A stretch of 64,000 bases of DNA from Rhodospirillales bacterium (lineage in GTDB: Bacteria > Pseudomonadota > Alphaproteobacteria > Bin95): positions 32,001 to 96,000 of the forward strand of contig JAYQLI010000035.1 in the NCBI GenBank assembly GCA_038143065.1. The letters run 5' to 3'. Position 1 is the first letter of the stretch, and each line of letters begins with the position of its first letter. Under the pieces are notes generated by a model. The model was not told the DNA's origin. It searched no databases and worked only from the letters and a program-made list of their open reading frames with translations. This document shows, one piece after another, positions 57,176 through 64,000 of the stretch. A program made the position numbers and the translations under genes.

Positions 57176-57237
57176 CATCTTGAAGATTTAGCTTTAAGAT
57201 ATTCCATTAGTGCTTATTTTTGTAGGGATTTTTTGCC

Positions 57238-57483
57238 ATGGCTTTGGCTCAACCTTTGTCCACAGCTCTCGATGAATTGGCAAGTGCTATCTCCCAGGCA
57301 GAGGCGGCTGCAGGCGCTAGTGCAGTTTCACAAAAGGGAAATGATCAGGTTGTCGAGCTCGAAGCCGCTTTGGCAGAACTGCGAAAAGAGCATATGAGCC
57401 TAAAAAACGTCTCTGGCGATATAGCTGGGCGGCTTGAGGGTGCAATAGTTTTAATTGAAGCGATATTGTCTGGTCGCTCCTGA
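57238..57483 (+). CDS. Coiled-coil protein upstream of zapA (DUF4164/ZauP-like)
   Basis: Heptad-rich 81 aa ending RLEGAIVLIEAILSG; conserved position between tkt and zapA. Confidence 0.7.
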   Translation: MALAQPLSTALDELASAISQAEAAAGASAVSQKGNDQVVELEAALAELRKEHMSLKNVSGDIAGRLEGAIVLIEAILSGRS

Positions 57484-57517
57484 AAACCAGGATACCTAAC
57501 TTTGGGAAAGTCTATCG

Positions 57518-57916
57518 ATGGGCGAAGTCACTGTGACCGTAAATAGCCGTCCTTATCGGATGGCATGTGAGGATGGTCAGGAAGGTCATCTGAAAGAGCT
57601 AGGCCTAGAGCTGTCACAAAGGGTAGATGAACTATCCAAACAAGTTGGGCAGGTAGGTGATGGCCAATTATTAGTAATGGCAGCACTGATAACTGCTGAC
57701 GAGCTTTCGGTGGTTGAACAGAACAGAAATGGAGATGGCACTTCGGTAATTGAGGCGGAGAGAGATAAGTTAGCTTCAGAATTAGCGGCGCTGCAGTCAG
57801 AATATCAAGTTCTGCAGGAGACATTAAAACGCAGTCAAACCGAGGCTGCCGAAGCAGCAAAAATAATTTCCTCGTTAACTGAACGGGTTATTAGATTAAA
57901 CCAGACAATGGTTTGA
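57518..57916 (+). CDS. zapA: Cell division protein ZapA
   Basis: VTVTVNSRPYRMACEDGQEGHL, GQVGDGQLLVMAALITADEL, coiled-coil tail. Confidence 0.9.
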   Translation: MGEVTVTVNSRPYRMACEDGQEGHLKELGLELSQRVDELSKQVGQVGDGQLLVMAALITADELSVVEQNRNGDGTSVIEAERDKLASELAALQSEYQVLQETLKRSQTEAAEAAKIISSLTERVIRLNQTMV

Positions 57917-57924
57917 GCTTTGTA

Positions 57925-58722
57925 TTAACTTAAAGAGATGAACTGGCGAACTGCTGTGATGAAAGATCGGGGCTGATCCGCATGCAGCCAATGACCGGCT
58001 GCTTTTAAACTCGCAAATCTAGCTGTTGGGAATGTTTTACGAATTATAGGGCGATGTTCTGATTTTACATAATCAGAAAATTCGCCAGTCAGGAACAGAA
58101 CCGGTCCTCGAGAGTAAGTTTTTTCCAAAAGCGTTTTTGGAAAACCAATGATATCTTCCATCCCATTCGCAAGGGCAGTTAAATTACATCTCCATCGAAA
58201 GCCGTTATCATCTGGAATCAGATTTTGAAGTAAAAAGCCTCTGATTTCTCTCTCTGGTATTGCTGCCGTTAATAGTTTATCGGCATCGGCCCTCCTCGAA
58301 ACATCCGCTAAATCGAGAGCTGACATACTTTCGATGTAGTCCAAAAAACTTGATCTATTGCTGCGTTCGTATCTTACCGGAGCAATATCTGCCACAAGCA
58401 GGCGGCCTACTTTATCAGGGTTAGTCAGGGCTAGAGCCATTGCTGCTTTACCACCCATGCTGTGCCCTACCACTGTTGGATTGATTAGTCCTTTACAGGA
58501 AATATATTCAGCAACGTCCTCAGCAATAACATTGTATTCCATGCCCTCGATCCAAGGTGATCGACCGTGGTTTCTTAGGTCAAGGACATGCACTTCATGC
58601 TCTTCGCTTAAACGCTTAGCGATTGCCATCCAATTTCTAGCAGCGCCTAAAAGACCATGAAGTATTATTACGGGTTTCCCGCCATCATTATAGATATCGC
58701 TTTGCAAAGTGATGGTTTTCAT
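57925..58722 (-). CDS. Alpha/beta hydrolase (YbfF/ABHD11-like esterase)
   Basis: LHGLLG, DLRNHGRS, GHSMGGK, ADIAP, AGHWLHADQP. Confidence 0.88.
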   Translation of the reverse strand: MKTITLQSDIYNDGGKPVIILHGLLGAARNWMAIAKRLSEEHEVHVLDLRNHGRSPWIEGMEYNVIAEDVAEYISCKGLINPTVVGHSMGGKAAMALALTNPDKVGRLLVADIAPVRYERSNRSSFLDYIESMSALDLADVSRRADADKLLTAAIPEREIRGFLLQNLIPDDNGFRWRCNLTALANGMEDIIGFPKTLLEKTYSRGPVLFLTGEFSDYVKSEHRPIIRKTFPTARFASLKAAGHWLHADQPRSFITAVRQFISLS

Positions 58723-58862
58723 TATTTGGTGAATGCCCGTTTCTCAGCGGATAGCAAAAGATGCTTGTTTAGCTTGTTAAATCTTCGTTCTTCTATGGAT
58801 TAATTTAGTTTGAATTAATCTGGATTTTTTCAAAAGTTTAAATTTTAATCCCTGAAGTTTAT

Positions 58863-59012
58863 CTAGGTATTTTTTGTTTCTCTTGTATCCATACTTCGCG
58901 CTTTAGCTTGAGCTTTCCGTCGAGCGATATTGCTTTTCAAGGAAGCTGCAAGTCTTGCTGCGCGGTCATTGTTGGTCACTTGTGTTTTCTGATTTAAATT
59001 TTGAGGGACCAT
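58863..59012 (-). CDS. Small basic protein (49 aa), not in the ORF track
   Basis: Hand translation MVPQNLNQKTQVTNNDRAARLAASLKSNIARRKAQAKARSMDTRETKNT*; resembles the recalled alphaproteobacterial RLAAALRxNLxRRKAQARAR small-protein motif. Confidence 0.65.
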   Translation of the reverse strand: MVPQNLNQKTQVTNNDRAARLAASLKSNIARRKAQAKARSMDTRETKNT

Positions 59013-59028
59013 TCCTTTTTTTGTTTAT

Positions 59029-60012
59029 TCATGCTGGATATAAACCTGCGTTTCTTGCTTTTAATTGGATAAGTGCCAAGACTGCATCGAGCATAGGCGT
59101 GCTTACATTTACGATGTCGCCCAGCTCTGTTACGGCAGTTACCAATGCGTCTATTTCAAGTGGTCTGCCTCGTTCCAAATCCTGGAGCATTGACGTTTTA
59201 TGTTCTCCAACCCCAAACGCTGCTGTAAATCGTCGGTCTGCGGTGAATCTAAATCTTGCGCCCAGAGCTTCTCCCACAGCACGGCCTTCAGCAGCTAGCT
59301 TGAAAACAAGATCCCGAACGCTTTCATCTCTACCAATCCCAGCAAGGGTGGTGTCTGTAAGCGCTGAAATTGGGTTAAGGCAAAGATTTCCCCATAATTT
59401 TACCCAAATGTCATCCCGTATCTTGGAACTGACTGGAGCACGAAGGCCTGCCTTCGTTAATGCAGTAGAGAGTAGCATAACCCTTTCTGTTTTTTCTCCA
59501 GAGGGTTCGCCAATTTGATAGGCGTTTCCTTCTACATGCTGCATTACGCCTGGCGCGGTAATTTCAACTGCAGGATGAACTACCATTCCAATTGCTCGCT
59601 CCGGTCCTAACCCATCCCATTGAGTGCGCCCAGGATCTACGCTTTCTAGAGTTCTTCCTTCATGATCTCCCCCGTAGCGATGAAAATACCACCACGGTAC
59701 TCCGTTCATCGCTGTGACTACAGCTGTGTTAGGGCCTAAGAGTGGTTGCATTAAATCTACGACATTTGGGCTTTGATGGGCTTTTAAGGTAACAATGACA
59801 AAATCCTGAGGTCCCAGACTTGCAGGGTCGTCCGTCGCCTTTGGATGAACAAGGATGTCCTTCTCATCCCTAAACTTCATCAGTAAGCCATTCTTTTGAA
59901 TGGCTTGGAGGTGGGGGCCGCGTGCTATTAGTGAGACATCAACCCCACTTTCAGCCAACATGCCACCTAAATGAGCTCCAATTGCTCCCGCACCGTAAAT
60001 TGCAACTTTCAT
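59029..60012 (-). CDS. Ketopantoate reductase-family oxidoreductase (GVPWWYF subgroup)
   Basis: GAGAIG, TLKAH, MNGVPWWYF, IWVKLWGN, KTSMLQDLERGRPLEID. Confidence 0.85.
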   Translation of the reverse strand: MKVAIYGAGAIGAHLGGMLAESGVDVSLIARGPHLQAIQKNGLLMKFRDEKDILVHPKATDDPASLGPQDFVIVTLKAHQSPNVVDLMQPLLGPNTAVVTAMNGVPWWYFHRYGGDHEGRTLESVDPGRTQWDGLGPERAIGMVVHPAVEITAPGVMQHVEGNAYQIGEPSGEKTERVMLLSTALTKAGLRAPVSSKIRDDIWVKLWGNLCLNPISALTDTTLAGIGRDESVRDLVFKLAAEGRAVGEALGARFRFTADRRFTAAFGVGEHKTSMLQDLERGRPLEIDALVTAVTELGDIVNVSTPMLDAVLALIQLKARNAGLYPA

Positions 60013-61436
60013 AAAGGTGCTACTTTGCCGGGGTTTAAAATGTTTTTTGGATCTAAAGCAACTTTAATTGCGTGCATTGTGTTTATTGCCTCAGGTCCAA
60101 GTTCTTTGGCTACGAACTCAATCTTACCCATCCCGACACCATGTTCCCCAGTGCAGGTTCCTCCCATTGCCAGTGCACGATCTACAAGTCTGTCATTAAA
60201 AGCGGTGGCACGAGACATTTCATCATCGTCATCAAGGTCTACCATGATGCAACAGTGAAAATTGCCATCACCTACGTGTCCGCAAATTGGAGAATATAAA
60301 CCGCTCTCTCCTATGTCTCGTTTTGTGCTCATTATACATTCTGCAAGATTTGAAATTGGTACGGCTACGTCCGTTGCCCAACCCTTTTTACCTGGCGCTT
60401 TTGCCAAGGCAGCATAGTATGCGTCGTGTCTCGCTTGCCATAACTTGGAGCGTTCTTCAGCTTTGGCTGTCCATTGAAGCCTCCACCATTATTTTCCGAA
60501 GCTAACATCTGCACGATATCCGCTTGTTCAGCTACACTTGCTTCGGTTCCATGGAATTCAAAAAAGTGTGTGAGCAGCTTTCAATCCATCAAGATTCGAA
60601 AAATCAATGCACGCTTGCATTTGAACGTCATCCAGCAGTTCCATTCTAGCAATGGGTACCCCCATCTGGATTGTTTGCTGGACAGTTTCGACGGCACTTG
60701 CGAGGTCATCAAACTGACAAATCGCAGCGGCAATTTTTTCTGGGACACCGAATAGGCGCAGTCGGACCTCAGTAATTACTCCTAGAGTTCCTTCAGAGCC
60801 GACGATGAGGTGAGTAAGATCATACCCAGCTGATGTTTTGCGAGCACGACCACCGGTTTTCATAATTGTGCCGTCGGCCAACACAACTGTTAGGCCAATA
60901 ACATTTTCCTTCATAGTGCCATATCGAACAGCGTTGGTGCCCGAAGCGCCTGTTGCAGCCATACCACCCAAACTCGCATCAGCACCTGGGTCAACGGGGA
61001 AAAAGTACCCAGTGTCTCGCAAATGTTCGTTTACTGCCTTCCGGGTTACGCCAGCTTGAACCAGGCAGTCTCCGTCAGCTGCATTGACCTCTAAGACTTT
61101 ATTCATATTTGAAAGGTCGATAGTGATCCCACCGTGAATAGCTTGAACATTGCCTTCAAGAGATGTTCCCGTCCCCCAAGCGATAACGGGAAATTCGTGT
61201 GAATTGCAGACTTTGAGAATAGCTGCAACTTCCTCAGTTGTTTCTGCAAAAGCTACAGCGTCTGGTGGAGCGGGGCGAAAATGATCTTCACCCTGAGAAT
61301 GTTGATCTCGTACCGCTAACGCAGTGGATAAACGGTCTCCAAGAATTGAGCTTAATTCAGATAGGACGGCATCCAGGCGCGCCGCATTATTTCGGTCGCC
61401 TGCAAGAGGAGTGGGAGTGCTCATTAATCTCTCCAA
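60009..61436 (-). CDS. FAD-linked D-2-hydroxyacid dehydrogenase (D-lactate dehydrogenase/GlcD-like); frameshift at the A-run near 60560
   Basis: GTGTSLEG, DPGADASLGGMAAT, GSEGTLG, GHVGDGNFH, TGEHGVG, LDPKNILNPGK. Confidence 0.9.
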
Positions 61437-61453
61437 AACATTGAAAGCTTAAA

Positions 61454-62677
61454 TTACTGTCCTTCGACATTTTTATCATCGTTAAGCCAAGAAAAAATAA
61501 ATCGGCTACATATTCCGATAAAAGCTACATGTAGGAAACCCAACCCCCAGGCAAGATCGGTGTAACCGTTCGCCTCACTAAAAATAGCTAGAATGAGCCC
61601 CATAACCATAGGGCCGGCAGCCCCACCTGCGTAACCTAAAGTTGTGTGGAGGGCTAGTGTTTGCCCACGCCGACCTATTTCTGCTGAGTCTGAAGTGCCA
61701 CCAGTCAAGGTTGAGCTATCCAGCCAGATCAAAGCACCACAAATTATCGCAATTGATACTGAAAGCCAGTATGAATGTGGTCCTAGAAAACCCAGCGCAA
61801 TTGCAGCCACGGCTGAAAGACTAGTAGCAAGTTTGACGACTATGGGACGTCCAAGTTTAACAGAAAGTGCATTGCCGTAAACGCTCGTGGCTGTTCCAAC
61901 CAACGCTACCAGTGTTGCAATCAAGGCAGGGGAGAACCATGTGGATGAAATATCAGGAGTTTTAGCCGCTACGTAGACAAGAAATGCAACTCCCCAGCCG
62001 CGCAGAACACTCATCTCATAAGTATGGATACAATACGTTACCGCGTATGCCATAGCTGAACGATTTTTGAGGACCGGTCTGAAGTCTAGAAGAGCGCCTG
62101 ATACATTTGGGTTTTGTGGCGGAGGAACAGATGGGGCAGCAGTTACTACAAGTGCACAAGCAGCCACCGAGAGCCAACCAGCCCATGCAAAGGCGGTGTT
62201 CCAGCCAAAAAGATTTGAAATTAGATCTCCATAAATAAAAGAAATTGCACCTGCAGCCCCAATACCTGCTGCATGCCAGGCAACAGCTCGGCGCATCAAA
62301 TCTGCATCGACACGATCGGCAAGAAGCTTAAGGCCGGTCATGTAAACTCCCGCCCAGCCCAAACCTGCAATGGCTCGCGCTGCAATGGCTGTCCATAAAC
62401 CCTCAGCAATATAAGCAAAACCAAAATGTCCGGCAGCGATGGATGTTGCGCCAAACAGATAAATCCACTTTGGATCTATTCTATCTGTTAAAGACACCAA
62501 AACAGGTGCGGAAATCATGTAGGCTAAATAGAAAGCCCCAGTTATTAATCCTGCTTCCGCAGGGCTAATGCCCCAAGCTTGTCTGAGCTCTGGCAGTAAT
62601 GCGGCCCATACATAGGCACCCAGTTGGGCAGCAACCTGCGCCACACAAACGACCAAAACTAGGTGACGACCATTCAT
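61454..62677 (-). CDS. MFS transporter
   Basis: About 12 hydrophobic segments; SLTDRIDPK loop motif, ARAIAGLGWAGVYMTG. Confidence 0.85.
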   Translation of the reverse strand: MNGRHLVLVVCVAQVAAQLGAYVWAALLPELRQAWGISPAEAGLITGAFYLAYMISAPVLVSLTDRIDPKWIYLFGATSIAAGHFGFAYIAEGLWTAIAARAIAGLGWAGVYMTGLKLLADRVDADLMRRAVAWHAAGIGAAGAISFIYGDLISNLFGWNTAFAWAGWLSVAACALVVTAAPSVPPPQNPNVSGALLDFRPVLKNRSAMAYAVTYCIHTYEMSVLRGWGVAFLVYVAAKTPDISSTWFSPALIATLVALVGTATSVYGNALSVKLGRPIVVKLATSLSAVAAIALGFLGPHSYWLSVSIAIICGALIWLDSSTLTGGTSDSAEIGRRGQTLALHTTLGYAGGAAGPMVMGLILAIFSEANGYTDLAWGLGFLHVAFIGICSRFIFSWLNDDKNVEGQ

Positions 62678-62786
62678 TGGGTGGTTATGCTGCCCACACA
62701 GCGTCTCCTTCTATAAATAATTCCTTATTATATGATAGTTTGCTTAACGCTTGGTAAGAGAATTCTGGCCTGGGACGAAGATAACT

Positions 62787-63467
62787 ATGACAAAAGATAT
62801 TCTGATTGCGCCATCCATTCTCGCCGCGGATTTTGCTCGGCTTGGTGAATGTATAGAAGCCGTTGACCACGCTGGCGCTGATTGGATCCATCTTGACGTA
62901 ATGGATGGTAACTTTGTTCCCAATATCAGTTTTGGGCCGTCAGTGATTCACGCTTTACGTGGACTTACACAAAAAACATTTGACGCACACCTGATGATAG
63001 AGCCCGTAGATGCCTTTTTGCCAGAATTCAAGAAGGCGGGCTGTGATCGAATAACCATCCATCCAGAGGCGGGTCCACACGTACATCGTTCAATAGGGTT
63101 GATTAATAGTCTTGGTATGAAATCTGGAATCGCATTGAACCCTGGCACACCTGTTGAAGCTATCGATAACCTCATTGATATCGTGGATCTTGTTCTCGTG
63201 ATGAGCGTCAATCCTGGTTTTGGCGGTCAGTCGTTTATTGAGAGTCAGCTAGAAAAAATCAGTTCTGTTCGAAGTCGTATCAATTCATCAGGCCGCGATA
63301 TAAGGCTCCAGGTTGATGGAGGTGTTACGCCGGAAACTGCGAGAAGGGTTGTCGAGGCAGGAGCAGATGTGTTGGTTGCTGGCACAGCAGTATTTAAGGG
63401 TGGTGCGCCAGCCTATGCAGGTAACATTCAGGCCATTCGTGATTCAGCTGCACTTGATCTTAATTGA
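62787..63467 (+). CDS. rpe: Ribulose-phosphate 3-epimerase
   Basis: IAPSILAADF, HLDVMDGNFVPN, DAHLMI, MSVNPGFGGQ, VDGG, VAGTAVF. Confidence 0.96.
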   Translation: MTKDILIAPSILAADFARLGECIEAVDHAGADWIHLDVMDGNFVPNISFGPSVIHALRGLTQKTFDAHLMIEPVDAFLPEFKKAGCDRITIHPEAGPHVHRSIGLINSLGMKSGIALNPGTPVEAIDNLIDIVDLVLVMSVNPGFGGQSFIESQLEKISSVRSRINSSGRDIRLQVDGGVTPETARRVVEAGADVLVAGTAVFKGGAPAYAGNIQAIRDSAALDLN

Positions 63468-63481
63468 ATTAAGGAATGTCA

Positions 63482-64000
63482 ATGCGTTCGGGTGGCCGTT
63501 ACCTCCGCATCCCATGGCTTGAAAATATTTTCGATGGTTTCCGGGCGGTGCCCGAAACTCCATCGGATCCGGTATTTCGTTTCAAAGACCCGTGGCCTGG
63601 TAGTGCGCAACGCGGTGAGATTTTGGTAGCTAATGAAGCGGACCTTTTAGCTTCTATTAGTCCTCAGTCACGTGACCGTGAATTAACTCAAGATGATGCT
63701 CGACGAATTCGCGCTCATAGTTTTGTTTGGCTTCGAGATTTACGTTCTTTAGGTGGAGAAGCTGCAAGACGAACAGCCCGCAAATTGGTGGCAGCTTGGT
63801 TTGATACCGATCTCAGAGGAGATCCTATCGCTTGGAGACCAGACATAGTTGGTCAACGACTAACGGCATGGATTGGGTCATATGATTTCTTTGCTTCCAG
63901 CGCTGGCCCCTCTATCCGATCCGACTTAATGGAACAAATCGCGTCACAAACTTTTTGGTTGAAGAAGCGAATTGGGCAAGTCCCTTCGGGACCTGCAAGA
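63482..64000 (+). CDS. Heparinase II/III-like family protein, 3'-truncated by the window edge and absent from the ORF track
   Basis: Hand translation MRSGGRYL...DPWPGSAQRG...HSFVWLRDLRSLGG...AWRPDIVGQRLTAWIGSYDFF; AAGGA SD; usual position after rpe. Confidence 0.7.
   Translation, partial: MRSGGRYLRIPWLENIFDGFRAVPETPSDPVFRFKDPWPGSAQRGEILVANEADLLASISPQSRDRELTQDDARRIRAHSFVWLRDLRSLGGEAARRTARKLVAAWFDTDLRGDPIAWRPDIVGQRLTAWIGSYDFFASSAGPSIRSDLMEQIASQTFWLKKRIGQVPSGPAR

Noticed and set aside
13916-61880. Many 60-190 aa antisense or alternate-frame ORFs in the track (e.g. 19892-20416, 41223-41675, 58955-59518)
   Set aside because: They shadow well-supported genes on the opposite strand and show no recognisable motifs
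1-64000. CRISPR arrays, tRNA/rRNA genes, IS elements, prophage or defence systems
   Set aside because: No regularly spaced repeats, tRNA T-loop/acceptor structures, transposases, integrases or nuclease-type ORFs were seen; intergenic spaces are mostly under about 250 bp

Overview
A gene-dense, mostly housekeeping region of an Alphaproteobacterium. The gene order (anmK/tyrS, thrS-infC, ppiC-argJ-mutT/secA, tkt-gap-fba-thiE, DUF4164-zapA, rpe-heparinase-like) suggests a Rhodospirillales-like organism. About 60 genes are present. I found no rRNA, tRNA, CRISPR array, transposase, integrase or phage genes. About 20 genes, including essential ones (thrS, tyrS, secA, infC), are split by small indels, many of them in homopolymer runs. 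This points to long-read consensus error rather than true pseudogenes. Most notable observations: (1) a catalytically degenerate N-terminal half of a class II fructose-bisphosphate aldolase lies between gap and a class I aldolase, where pgk usually is; (2) an intact GT4-fold protein lacks its EX7E motif; (3) a back-to-back deletion scar of two gene C-termini precedes a hydantoinase/oxoprolinase A-B-esterase cassette; (4) a signal-less orphan NMT1/THI5-fold protein sits in a CoA-transferase/crotonase/PLP-enzyme cluster; (5) a CyaC-like heme/2Fe-2S adenylate cyclase; (6) a scaffold-less pair of cysteine desulfurases with a ferredoxin; (7) a 49-aa small ORF missing from the ORF track; (8) an ATA start for infC. 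Family assignments come from recalled motifs; no searches were run.
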